NCBI GenBank assembly: GCA_026770705.1
Contig: JANJGN010000007.1
Coordinates: forward strand, 96,472,001-96,536,000
Direction: 5' to 3'
From: Isurus oxyrinchus
Lineage: Eukaryota
Length of the DNA stretch: 64,000 bases
Shown: piece by piece, positions 1 to 12,300 of the stretch
Layout: each line of letters opens with the position of its first letter
How positions within the stretch are numbered: position 1 is the stretch's first letter
Program-made: the position numbers and the translations under genes
Notes under the pieces: generated by a model
The model's database searches: none
Told to the model about the DNA's origin: nothing
Seen by the model: only the letters and a program-made list of their open reading frames with translations

Positions 1-36
1 GGAGCTGAGTGACTTTGACTGACTTTTCACCGGAAC
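1..36 (-). CDS. 5' start of Ig V-domain exon of a second (paralogous) IgSF receptor gene; runs off the window
   Basis: Minus strand reads ttatctttccccatag|GTTCCGGTGAAAAGTCAGTCAAAGTCACTCAGCTCC. Phase-1 join to the leader gives (G)SGEKSVKVTQLP, a typical V-set A-strand (VTQxP). Confidence 0.75.
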
Positions 37-191
37 CTATGGGGAAAGATAACAATGATACCGTATTACAGGAGGGAAAACGCGAGGCTTAGGGGCTCAG
101 GCATTAACTGGAAAGGAGAATAAAACATGTATCACAAGAAAGTTAAATCAAAATGCGATTCATAGAGAAAGCAATGTATAATAGCAGATAC

Positions 192-246
192 CTGTGAAGA
201 TGATCCCCAGAATAGCGAGGCACTGAGTGACAACATTCGCCAGCAT
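192..246 (-). CDS. Signal-peptide (leader) exon of paralogous IgSF receptor, MLANVVTQCLAILGIIFT(G)
   Basis: 55-nt exon from ATG to CAG|GTATCT, phase 1. Same length and phase as the + gene leader, and 20/23 nt identical across the exon end and donor (CTGGGGATCA.CT.C.CAGGTAT). Confidence 0.8.
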
Positions 247-527
247 TCTGAACCAGTTGACCAGTCGGAGCGACAGACCATGAACTGGCTGATAGTTTGT
301 AAGGAGCCTGGGGAGGCGGAGAATAGAAAGCGTCACAATGAAGGCGTAAACATCCTGTCTTTGAGCTGAGAACATGTCATTTCTTTCCCTTTGGTGAGAT
401 TTGCTGAAACTGTATATCTGCCAGAAGAGGCCACAGCTCACAACTTGAGTTTTTTCTATTCAGCTGGTCCGACCTCACCCTCCTGCCTTGTGGAAAGCCT
501 GGGTGAAAAGCGTTCTGTGCATATAAT

Positions 528-615
528 TTCCCAGGAGTTCCCTGTTGGGGTGGTTCCCAGGAGTTCCCGGGTGGGCTGTTTCCCAGAAGTTCCATGTCGG
601 CAGTCTTTCGGGGAA
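528..615. promoter_or_regulatory. 26-bp-phased array of TTCCCAG(G/A)AGTTCC elements plus a TTCGGGGAA GAS site; candidate promoter/enhancer of the minus-strand gene
   Basis: Copies start at 528, 554 and 580, with TTCGGGGAA at 607. TTCCCAGAA (580) and TTCGGGGAA fit TTCN3GAA. GGGAACTCC on the minus strand is NF-kB-like. Lies about 280-370 bp upstream of the ATG at 246. Confidence 0.5.
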
Positions 616-1504
616 ACTGGGGTAATGGCTAATTTGGGCCGTTGCCAGTTTGTGCAGAGTTTGCGTTGATGGTCCGGCTAAGATAAGGCAGGAAATTGTG
701 AGAATTGCAGCAAAATGACCTTAAGTATCCTACATCATTTTAGACGACACAGGGGAAATGTTTAGAAGCGTAAAGTCGAAATTGTGGAAGAGTTGAAGCA
801 CATGACCCCTATATTTAGCGATATACGCCAGGTCTCTCGCTGGAGCATGAGACATTGTAGGAAACCCAACGACGGTGCAGCATGCTGTATGGTGATTCAT
901 GCTGTTTCTGTGTCACTTTCCAATTTGATCATTGCTAAAAGTAACCAGGTAGACTACCAATAACCATCAGGTCAAGCGTCTGTGATTGTATTACTAAAAT
1001 AATTTCAGCAATGCCGACCTTTTCATGTTTCATCCGTTACTGTGAATGTCTCTGCTGTTCCTCAGTAATCAGAGTCGAGAGCAGTTTGGGTGAAGAGTGG
1101 TTTTTCCTGCTGCAGAATTTAATGACTTGCAGATTCAAGCAACAGCGGCAGAGGCACCAAATCATTGTTTTCGCCATTGTGAAGAGGAAAGTTTACTAAA
1201 AAAAAACCTCGGGCATTTGTGCAGGAGAACAAAGAGGCGCCAGGTTCCTTGCTGCATTTATTTATCAAAGGCAAGGGCAGGAAGGGAGAAATGTTTGGGA
1301 GAGAACAACAGTGTTCAAAAGAGAAAGGAACACGGACAATAGAAGCTGTCCAGGACAGTCATTATATAAAATATCATCCGTTCCCACCAGTTGAAGTGTA
1401 GGAGGACAATAGCCTGGATTTTAATGTCGGGGAAAAAGAACGAGTCTCACAGTTCATTCGGCTTACAGTTGTCCACAGTTTTCGTGAGTTGCGCGTTACA
1501 AACG

Positions 1505-2015
1505 AACATACGAAATAGGAGCAGAAGTAGTCCATTCCGCCGATCGAGACTGCTCCGCCATTTAATAAAACCATGGCCGATCTGTTTGTGTTTCGAATTC
1601 CACATTCCCAATTACCCCCGATGACCTTTGATTCCCTTGCCTAACAGTAATCTACCTACCTCTGCCTTTAAAAATATTCAATAACCTTCATTAGCCTTCT
1701 TAATTACTTGTATCTACATGCTAACTTGTTGTGGCTCATGTACTAGGATCCCTCTGCACCTCAGAATTCTGCAGCCGTTGTCCATTTAAGAAATACTCTG
1801 CTTTCATATTCTTCCTGCCAAGGTGAACAACTTCACATTTTCCCACTTTATACTCTATCTGCCGGGTTTTTGCCCACTCACTCAATCTATCTATATCCAT
1901 CTGTATCTGATCGTATCCGCACAACATAATTTCCTCCCATCGTTGTGTCATCTGCAAACGTATCTAACATATCTTCACTCCGCTCATTTAAGTCAGTGAT
2001 ATAAACTGTATAAGG
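1505..2015 (-). mobile_element. CR1 LINE fragments (3' tail and RT C-terminus)
   Basis: ORF 1736-1957 (QIQMDIDRLSEWAKTRQIEYKVGKCEVVHLGRKN) is the CR1 RT C-terminal motif; a CR1 3' tail lies at about 1510-1690. Confidence 0.8.
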
Positions 2016-2419
2016 TGTTGCTGGAGATGCTTTAACATGTGCTGCCCTCTAATGGAGATTTGTGGTCTGTGTGAGCAGAATAAGCAAACGTGTGTCTCTT
2101 CAATCAATCTGACTGAAGTATCCTCACTGACCCAAGCTGCGCGACAATTTGACTCAGTTATGTCCGTTTTGTTTGGCTACCGCTTTACCCTTTGAGTTGT
2201 AGAATGCCACTACAACTGCAATACCCGTGCACAGTTGAGATGCAAAGCAAGTCGAAAGCCATCTTGATGCAGTGGATGTCTGCTAGGAGAATGCAGACCA
2301 GGGAGATCATGACATTCGGCAGTAGGCATCACAAACTTGCCGCCAACACTGGTATTTTGGAGCGCAACGGCCCAGCCAGCGCCCTATCTTAGGCATTATG
2401 CAGACAAACAGGCTTATAG

Positions 2420-2890
2420 CAGCATGTGGCCTTGTGGTGCAGCGGGTGATGTCCTTGGCAATAGTTCAGATCCAAGTCCCACTCCAGAACTTGATGTTCA
2501 ACGAAATGATCTAGAATATGGCCAGACTGGCCATCATCCAGCAGAATATTTCCAACAAATGCCAAGGGCATTGGGTAAAAGCAGGTGAGATTCCTGGTCA
2601 GCCACATGATGGGAAGAAAATCAAAGCCTTAACCATCATTATTGCCAGCTCCGAGTTAGAACATACATGTAAAATGCACGTTGTCATAACAAATCGGGCT
2701 CCTGGCGTGGTGTAGCAGTTGGCTCAGTTGGTTGGATGGCTGCTGTGGATCAGATTGGTCCCAGCAGTACAGGGTTCGATCCGTGCTGCCAGCTGACTTT
2801 CTGCCTTCCCCGTGATAGAGATCATGGCGTCGTGTGCTTGGTAGAGAACTGAAGAAGAAGGCAATATTTATAGGGATCATCAACTACTAA
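2420..2890 (+). mobile_element. Decayed tRNA-derived SINE remnants
   Basis: A-box/B-box-like heads (gtggtgcagcgggt...ccaagtcccactccaga; tggctcagttggt...gggttcgatcc) without a complete cloverleaf. Confidence 0.4.
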
Positions 2891-2899
2891 CTGATTAAT

Positions 2900-5800
2900 T
2901 GCTGGATGATTCTTTTCTGGCCGTTGCTACAATTCTACATGTTTCCATAATTGTTTCAAGCTTCAAGAGTCCAAATGGAGTGGCATGGCAGGTGCTTAAG
3001 TACTTAGGGCTGGGCTCAAGACTCCTGCACAACCAATTCCTCCCAGTCCTCCTCTTACGAGTAAAGAATGACTTGGAGAATGAGAAGACGCCACTGAGAG
3101 CATACTGCTAGAAACGGGAGGAGGGAGAAAATCTCTCGACAGAAGGTCATAGTTCCCCAAAGTGTTCAGGGAGTGCTTGTTTCTCTGTGAAAAACAGTGT
3201 AAGTGATATAGATGATTCACGAAGGAGTTCCCCACTGAAATGTGCCAAGTGTTGCCACCACAACTGCAAGATCAGAGGAGGGGAATTGCCACATTGGCAA
3301 TGGCTGAGGGTGGTGATAAATTTTGATGCATCTGTATCCTTCAAAGCTAGAGCTGGAGTTCTTAATAACTTTTTGCTGTACACAGTTGCATGTGTGAAGT
3401 CACTGAAGTTTTTATTTAAAGAGTGTCAATTTCATTTCAGAGGCAATCTGGCGGAGTGAGCACGAGGGTTTCCGACTTCCCTATGTCTATGCACGCACAT
3501 TGTTCAGAATTCCAGTCCCTCAACATTCAGTTCGTGCGGAACCTTAGGGAATACATCATATATATCAATGCTGGTATATTGATAGCAGTCATGATGCTTT
3601 CATTTTGTGGCAGTCTGCTGTGCCAGCTGTATTTCAGCCAGTAGGGGAAACCAAAGCATGGCTATTACCATGAACTATCTACTAGGCCATGGTTCAAGAC
3701 TCTGGTTCACAGCCCATGCACATTTTCATAACATGCATACAATGAGAACCATGCTGCGCAAGAAATGTGATAGGGTCACCACTCGTGTGCTTATGTAACA
3801 ATTCCATTGCTAGATTTATAGAGTTGCCTTGCAGTATTTAACTACGAATGACTCAATCTTCTTGGTAATATGCTGCGCAACTTTGCCATCTTGAAATGAC
3901 AGCCCTTGCCACCAATTATCAGACTAGTGGCTGACGAGCAAAATCACAGGGAGTGGAAGAAGGACGAGAAAGGAGAGCAAGAGAGGCAGCAATCTAGATA
4001 ACCATTTTCTCCCCATGCTTAACGTGAAGAACTTATTTCAATGCATTACCTATAATTTGAACCACAAATCCCCATTTATCACAGTTTCAAATTCCACATG
4101 GCGCATACTTCACTGAATGGCATATAATTCCCTTGGCCATAGCACAAACATAAAAGTCATCACAAAATACATATGTCAAACCGAATTTATAGATTAATTC
4201 ATGTCATAATGCACACAAACATAAGCCTAATCACTCTTCTGCGTTTCTCTAATGCCTGCCCTGTTAGTAACTTTGCCTGTGCTTCCAGCTTCAATGATAT
4301 CCCAATTGCTGCGCAAGGCTGGTGAAAGTTATTGATTTTGTCTGCAAGACACTGCAGATGGACGACCTTGAGCAGCTCTGAAGCTTGAAGACCCTACTTC
4401 AGATTGCTCCATCTAGGCATGGGTGCCAGAAGCCCTGGGCTAGCTGGCAGACAGGCAACAGCATGGTCACTGTCAGATTGGAAGGAACTGGAGGACGAAT
4501 GCTGCCATCCTGAAATAGAGTAGCAGGTTCTTGCTCGCTGGAGCCTGTCTCCGAGGACAATTCAATATTCCTAGTAATCTATTGGAGGAAATGTTTTTGC
4601 ACTGCTGCAATACCCTGCAAAGCCTTCCGTACTTTGATTGATGTCAGCAGTCTGACTCTGAGTCTAACCCTGAGGGTTAGCAAGCTAAGCTTGCTTGAGA
4701 ACAAAACAAAAATAAAAATACCTGGAAAAACTCAGCAGGAAGAGTCATACAGACTCGAAACGTTAACTGTGTTCCTCTCTACAGATGCTGCCAGACCTGC
4801 TGAGTTTTTCCAGGTATTTTTATTTTTGTTGCGGGTTTCCAGCATCTGCAGTTTTTTGTATTTTGCTTGAGAATAATCTCGGCGTACATGGCAGCAAATT
4901 GACATTGCATGACTTCAATCTAACCATCAGTGCAGAGGTTCTAGTGTTAGTGGAGACTGCTGATTTGTCAATGGAAGTTGTGACATCACCCAGCAAGCAA
5001 TGCATCATTTTTGGATCCATGACTATGCTGTTAGAGTTGACGCTACTTTCATGCTGGAAGGAATGAGCACCAAACTCTGCACAGCGCTGAGACAAGTTGA
5101 CACCAGAATCCTCCATGTTCCTTGACACTGATTGCATTCTACTTGGCGTCCTGGTACACCAAGCATTTCGTTGTGTATACCCACCAGCCTCCTTCTGTAG
5201 CCTGAACAATCAAAGTCTTCATTTGACTCCTCTACCGCTGATCGTGTATGTGATCTTAACATTCACTGAGCTGGTTCTTGTGCTATCCTTGCCTTCTGCC
5301 CTGGCTGTAGCCCATGCAAGCCCAGTATCTCACTGCAAGCAGATTCTGTCTCTAACCCATCCTCCAAGGCAAGCACGATGTCAATTTCCATGCTGGTGGC
5401 TGCCAGTGTGTAATCAAGCAAATGGTGCTGTGTTTTCATAATTACTATCTCATAGCTATTCCCCCATCGCATTGTCAGCTTGTATCTCCGAGGTATCTGA
5501 AAGGGAAAAGGCGCATAGACAAGGCTGTGCTGCGAGAAGGAACAGAAAGGTAAGTGTTACATGGTTACACCATCTGCAGCTTGTAAGATGGAGCAGATTG
5601 TGGGATGGGGGATGTCAGAAGGAGGGTCAGCATGATGTGCCATCATCTTCAAGACATTCAGTCCTGTACCCGATCCAGCCAGCATCATTTGCTCCACGGG
5701 CTTTACTGCATCATTCGCCCTCTTGTTAGTTCCTGGTGCCTTTGGTTTTGGACCACATTCACCTTCAAGACAAAGTGCGCCAATAAATACTGTGCAGTAT

Positions 5801-6400
5801 TGCTTAAATGATGCAGCTTGTAAAGGTTTTAAATATGGCTATGAGTCTTACAACAGTGCTAAGGGTGTGAGGATGAGGAGAAGCCTGTGCCTGGTAGGTA
5901 TAACTGCTGATTGGTAGAGACTTCTGGTGGGTGAGTGAAGTGGGCATAGTAATTGGAGAAATTACTGTGGTTAGTTTTGCAGTTGGTAGGACACGAAATT
6001 TGAAGCTGCATTCACGAACCTTAACCATTTAGGTAATGTCACCAAACTTCTCGCTGCATGAGATAGCAGGGCGCCTCTCTTCCACCCCACCTCCTCCAAC
6101 ACCTCCAGTACAACGTTGGAAAATGTGGGTGCCCGCTATCTCTCATGTCCAGCCATTCTTGTCTCTCTTCAAGATCAGTCTCAGCTCCCACTGGACTCCC
6201 AGCACCTGCTCCAGATGCGATGCATCTTCCCTCTGAAGTTAACTTAATGTCCTGCTGGTGGGTATCGATTTGGGCTCCCTGATGTGTGCTGTCAGTTAAC
6301 AGCACCATGAGATCGTACAAATCATGTAAAGGGACATGCAGCATGGAGATGGCGTGCTGCAAGCGTTATATCTGCTGAACGCTGGTTAATTACGTGTCAT
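2900..6400 (-). mobile_element. Highly decayed PIF/Harbinger transposon remnants (DDE nuclease and Myb/SANT-like pieces)
   Basis: Degenerate minus-strand peptides (CHATPFGLLK, GAHSFQHESS...CLLGD, SEKFGDIT) resemble Harbinger motifs; many frameshifts. Confidence 0.35.
4702..4862 (+). mobile_element. 161-bp hairpin mini-Penelope (3' end with inverted arm)
   Basis: aaaatacctggaaaaactcagcagg is inverted against cctgctgagtttttccaggtatttt. Flanked by 11-bp TSD ttgcttgagaa (4691-4701, 4863-4873). Confidence 0.75.
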
Positions 6401-6524
6401 AATTCCAATTGCCTTTTTTACGGCTATTTAATTTAGACCCAACAGAATCTACAAAACGAAGTATCAATTCGAATATTTAATTCCACGTAAAATCAGTTTG
6501 AGAAAATAAAATAAAAAGGATTGA

Positions 6525-9015
6525 AAGTGGGGTTCAAAACAGTCAGGTGGCATGTGCTGCGTGGTATCAAGTTCCTTGAGTGTTGTGGGAGCTGTACTCA
6601 TCCAGGCAAGTGGGGAGTATTCCAGCAAACTCCCGACTTGTGCCTTGTAGATGGTGGACAGACTCTGGGGAGTCAGGAGGTGAGATCATCACTACATTAT
6701 TCCCAGCCTTTGGCCATCTCTTGTAGTCAATGTATTGATGTGGCTGCTCCAGTTAAGTTTTTGGCCATTGGTAGCCCCAGGATATTGATGATGCAGATTC
6801 AATGATGTAATGAAGTTGAATGCCAAGAGGAGATGGTTAGATTCTCTCTTGCTCCAGATGGTCATCGCCTGGCACTTGTGTAGCACAAAAGATATTTGTT
6901 ACTTATTAGCCCAAGTGCGAATTTGTCCAGGTCATGCTTCATATGGATATGGATTGTTTCAATTTCAGAGGAGTCGCGAATAGCATTGAACATAGTGGAA
7001 TCATCCGTAAACGTCTATGCTTTTGACCTTATGATGGGAGGAAGGTCATTGATGAAGCAGCTGAAGACGCTTGAGCCTTGGACATTGCACTGGAGAACAT
7101 TGGCAGCTATGTCCTGGGACTGAGATGATTGGCCTCCAACAGCCACAACCATCTTCTTTTGTGCTAAGTATGGCTCCAACGAGAGGAGAGGCCCCCTCCC
7201 CCAACTCCCACTCTCTCTGATTCCTATTGAGTTCAATTTCCCTTGGGTTCTTGATGCCACACTCGGTCAAATGCTATCTTGATGTCAAGGGCAGTCACTC
7301 CCACTTCCCCTCTGGAATTCACCTCTTCTGTCCACATTGGGACCAAGGCTGCAATTATGTCAGGAGCTGAATGCCAGTGATGGAATTCCAAATAGGCTTT
7401 GAGTTATTACCGAGCAAGAGCCATGTGATCACACTGTATATTACACCGTCCATCACTTTGCTGATGATCAATGATGCATTTGTTCTGCATTTTGTGGAAA
7501 AAACGTAAATGGGAAATTTTTGCATATAGTGGACTGTTGTAGCTGTGCTGGATCAGCTTGGGTAGGGGCGTGGCTACTCCTGGAGCACCAGCCTTCAGTT
7601 CTGCTGTCGTAATGTTGTCAGTGCCTGTAGCTTTTGCTGTATCCATTGTCTTGTGGTGCTTCCAGGCATCACCTGGAGTGAATCAAATTGGCTGAAGACT
7701 GGTATCTGTGATGCTGGAGACCTGAGGGGAAGACCAGGTTGGATCATCCACTCAGCATTCCTGACTTCAGATGATTGCAAATGCTTCAGACTTGCTCTTT
7801 GAGTTGGCTCCCTCAACGTTGAAGATGTGGATACTTATGGAGCCCCTTCCTCTGGCTCTTTCTTTAATTGTCCACCACCATTCATGACTGGGTATGGCAT
7901 TACTGCAGAGATCTGACCTGATCTGTTGGTTGTGGGATTGCTTAGCTCTGTCTATCACTTGCTGCTTCTGCTGTTTGACGTGCATGTAGTCATGTGTTAT
8001 TACTTCACAAGGTTGACGCCTGGTGCTCATGGCATGTCGCCCTGCCCTCTTTATTGGATGGTACTTAGTGAATGAGGAATATGAAGGGCAACGAATTTAG
8101 GGATTGAGCTTGAATACCATTATGTGCACAGCGCTTCATGGATGCCCAGTCTTGAGCTGCTGTATCTGGTCTGAACCTATTGCATTTTGCATGGTGATAG
8201 TGCAACACAACACAATGAAGAGTTTCCTCAGTGGGAAGATGGGATTTTGTCTCCACAAGACTGTTTGGTGATCAATCCTTACAATAAAGTCATGGAAGGA
8301 TGCATCTGTGACAGGTAAATTGGTGAGGGCAAGGTCAAGTATGATATCCCTCTTTAAGGATCTATCAGCAGCTTCCGCAGCCCCAGGCAGATATATCCTT
8401 TAGGCCCCGGCCAGTTCAACCAGTAATAATGCTTCCGAGCCACTCTGGTGATGGGCATTCAAGTTCCTCCACACGGAGTACATTCTGTGCCCTTGCTACT
8501 CTCAATGCTTCTACCAAGTGGTATTCAACATTGAGCAGTGTTGGTTCATCAGCTAAGGGTGGGCGATAAATGGTGATCAGCAGAAGGTTTCCTCGCTCAT
8601 GTTTTATCTGATGCCGTGAAGCTTCATGGGGTCCAGTGTCAATATAGAGGACTTCCAGGGCAACTCCCTCCTGACTGCATACCACTGTGTTGCCACCTCT
8701 GGTGGGTCAGCCCCGCTAGTGGGAAAGAACAGACCCAGGGATGATGATGGTGGTGTCTGGGACATTGGCTGTAAAGTATGTTTTGATGAGTATGACTATG
8801 TCAGGCTATAGCTTGGCTAATTTGTGGGACAGTTCTCCCAATTTTGGCATATGTCCCAGTGGTTAGCAAAGAGGACATTGCAGTGTCAATGAATGCAATT
8901 GTTATTCTTGCTTCTGATACCTGGGTTGGTGCTGGGTGGTCCACTTTTGTAGTGGTTTGGTATACCTGAGTGACTTGCTGGGCCATTTCAGAAGGCAGTT
9001 ACAAGTCAACCACAT
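6525..9015 (-). mobile_element. Non-LTR retrotransposon of the CR1/L2 (Jockey) group, shark family here called LINE-B; EN and RT fragments
   Basis: Minus-strand ORFs with QKKMVVAVGGQSSQSQDIA...FSCFINDLP, KATGTDNI...APGVATPLPKL and GNLLLITIYRPP. Confidence 0.8.
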
Positions 9016-9310
9016 TCAAAAGCAATGGGTTGCATCTCAACAGCTCTGACAGCAATGTGCTCATGGAGATGTTGATTAGTGTGGTTGAGGGGGGCTGAAG
9101 ATAGCTTGGCAGGGGTATGAGTATCAGCATTTAAAACTGGAAAAGGGGAATAAGATAAAGCATAAAGGATTGCAGCTAGTGCTAGAGAAGGAAGTTATGC
9201 CATTTTAGATAGGAGTGGACTAGGAAGGACTACGAGGAATAAAAAGACATGTTTACAGTGTCTGCAGTTATGATCTCAATGGAGACTGGTAAAGCTTTTT
9301 TAGAATCCAA

Positions 9311-12300
9311 TGTCTCAGGTATTTACTAAAAGGGTGAAGCCACAAGGTAAATAGGTAAAATCAAAAGAATTTTACTGAACAGAATCAAAAATATGAATAC
9401 TGATAACGATACTCTAACTTAAATAGTCAGCTACATTAAATTTATTAAAAGTACAATGAACACAGTTACTTATACTCTAAATCAAACTTCTTATCTCAAC
9501 TCTCCTTCTACATGCATTTGACTTATATTGCCAATCACTCAGGTCAGAATTTGACGGATTAACTTCTTGGTCTAAGTAGTCATTCAAACACTCATGTAAT
9601 TACTGAGATTTCTTGGGCCTTCTACTTACTTCAGGCAATGTTTTCCCTTTAAATATCCTCCAGCTGTCTCACAGTTGTAAACACCCTTTCAAAGCACCAC
9701 TGGTGTCTTAAGCATAGCTACCTTGCATCAGAACTCTCCTGGTTCTAATGTTCTCTGGAGTCCTGTATCTATGAACTATTTCTATCGTTCTTCTCAGGTT
9801 GGCTATTACAGAAATCCAACCCATTGTTAGTAGAAACATTTTGTTTTCAAAGTTTTTTTTAAAAATTTCAGCCAGTACACACAGAATTTCAGCTGAATCC
9901 TGCTTGAAATAAATGTTCCTCTTGGCCAGCTTGTTCTAAACTAAACCCAATCTCATTGAACACAGAACAACACCTAGGGACATACTCACCCTCATAGTTA
10001 ACTTTGAATTGACCTTTTTTATTGTTTCTCTCTGAGGCAAGTTGGTCCCATGAGCATTTACTGGGAGAAAGGTGCTTTAGCTGAAATCTTTCAGAGAAAC
10101 ATAATTTTTGAAGGGGGTAATCATCCTAACATAAAACATCCTTATTTTCTCCAAAAGACCATTGGCCATCATAATGTATATAAATGGACAAAGCGTTGGC
10201 AATACGTTCAGTGAGCTACAAGCATGAAGTTGATGTTCTTCAGCTTTGACCTTCACAACACACCCTCGAACATCAGGTTTGGAACAAGAAAACTAGCACA
10301 CAGAGACCAAGGTTGCAGTTGGCTTTTAACCTGCCTTTTTGTGTATTCTTGGAAGGGGAAAGAACAAATGCCCATTTCACCAAGAAACTGTTTTCTGTCA
10401 ATTCACATCCTGTCCACAGTCTGGGATATAACGAACAGGAAATGGTTTCCACTGAGATGGTAATCAGCCTTCATTATCTCCACAACCACAAGAAATTATA
10501 GTTCAGTTTTTGAATTGCATCTGTTCCTTTGACGTGTCTCTGTCCAAAGCAGACCTTGAAAGCTTTTTAGGTGCGCCATTCTCTTCCCTGGACTAGTCAA
10601 GTCTAATTCTCATAGGGATTTTCCAGCAAGTGATCACTTTACAGTCTCTGTCAGTTTTTGTGTTTTCTTTTTTATCAAACACGTCTTACGTAAAAGTTCA
10701 ATATGTCCATAAGTAATTTGGGGCTATGATCTGTGGTCATGACACTTCCCCACACAATGAATTAAATGAGATTCATTCAACAAAGGTAGAATAAAATTAA
10801 ACATAATGTAACAAATACACACACATATTCATTCACTAAGGCTTGGTCACTGTTATCCCTTCAGTTCTAACCGAGTCTCTTTAAGTTCTGGACAGGGTAT
10901 CTGCAATCAAATTTGATTTCCCAGAAATGTGGGTGACTTTAAGATGGCATGGTTGGAGAAGCAAATTGTATCTTAACCATTTCCACAAAAGTTAACAGGT
11001 TGTAGCCAGTATAGACTGTGGTCTCTCTGTATCCATTTTGGACATATTTCTCAAAGTGTTTGAGAGCCAGTAATAAACTGAGCATTTCCTCCTCTACTGC
11101 GGAGTACCATTTTTGATGCTTGTTTACTTTTTTGGAGATTGGTCTCTCCACCTCTTAATCATCTTCCTGGAGGAGGACAGCCCCTACCCTGATGCCACTC
11201 ACATCAATGGCTACTTTAGGTGCTTGATTAAAGTATGGAGCTGCAAGCATAGAGGATGAATGATCTCAGGGATGTCGCCAGTGTGTAGCAACCATCTCAT
11301 CACTATAAACTCATACTCACAAGCCTATCACACATCCACTGGCATTTCACTCATTGCCAGCTCAGATGACATCACAACTCACTCTCTCACACATACCTTT
11401 ACATCTCTATCAATTCAACATGATGTCCGCACCGCCCCCCACCCCGCGCAACCCCCCCCCCCCCACAACAAAATAACGCAATTGGCTAAACCCACCACTA
11501 CATGTTTCATCAGGCATCAGGCTTTGAAAGCTGGCTGGGGCATTTCGCAGTCTACACGCCATGACTCAACACTGGTATAACCCATCGGGAGTTAAGGAGG
11601 AGATTTCCTTCACACAGGCAGTCAAGGGAATATGCCAGTATCCATTGAGTAGATCTATCTTTGTAATGTAGGCTGATTTACATACATTTTCAATGCCATC
11701 TTCCAGGTGGGGTATCAAGTAGGAGTCAGCTCGGGACACTGCATTAATGCTTCGGTAGTCAATGCAGAATCTTGTGAAGCCATCCGGCTTGGGCATGAGC
11801 ACAACTGGCGAGCTCCAGATGCTGTTGCTAGGCTATATTAGTTGGTGCTCTAGTTCAATGTGGGCCTCACCTACACCTCCCTCCAATTAACCCCCACTGC
11901 TATCCTTATCCTCAATGTCAGTGACATTGAGACAGACCATTACCTGCTTGTCCCCTTCTCGGCTATGATATTGCTTTATCATGTCGACATGATAAAACCT
12001 TTACTTTTTCCAGGATCTGGGGCCTCAGTTAGACAGCTTACTTCCCTGAGCTTCTTTACTACTCTGGACAGGCCAGTGAACCAAGCTTTTAAGGGTTCAC
12101 CTGTTATTGGTAGTCATGGACAACTCCAGGCACTTTCTCCTACAGCTGTTCTGTCTTCCTGACCTCAATGGGCTTCTCTGAGACCAACGCAGATACAATT
12201 ACCTTTAATCCCACGAGGTCATTGCCGAGAAGAATGTCAACCCGGTCCACAGGGAAACTGGGGACGACTCCCATGGTCACATGGTTCCCACACAAGATCG

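Noticed and set aside
160-441. 93-aa minus-strand ORF as a membrane protein
   Set aside because: Only 246-192 is supported, as a leader exon; the rest is upstream or intronic read-through.
528-615. CRISPR-like repeat-spacer array
   Set aside because: Eukaryotic context, 15-bp repeats with 11-bp spacers, and no cas genes.
2700-2790. tRNA gene
   Set aside because: Only A/B-box-like remnants with no cloverleaf; consistent with a SINE head.
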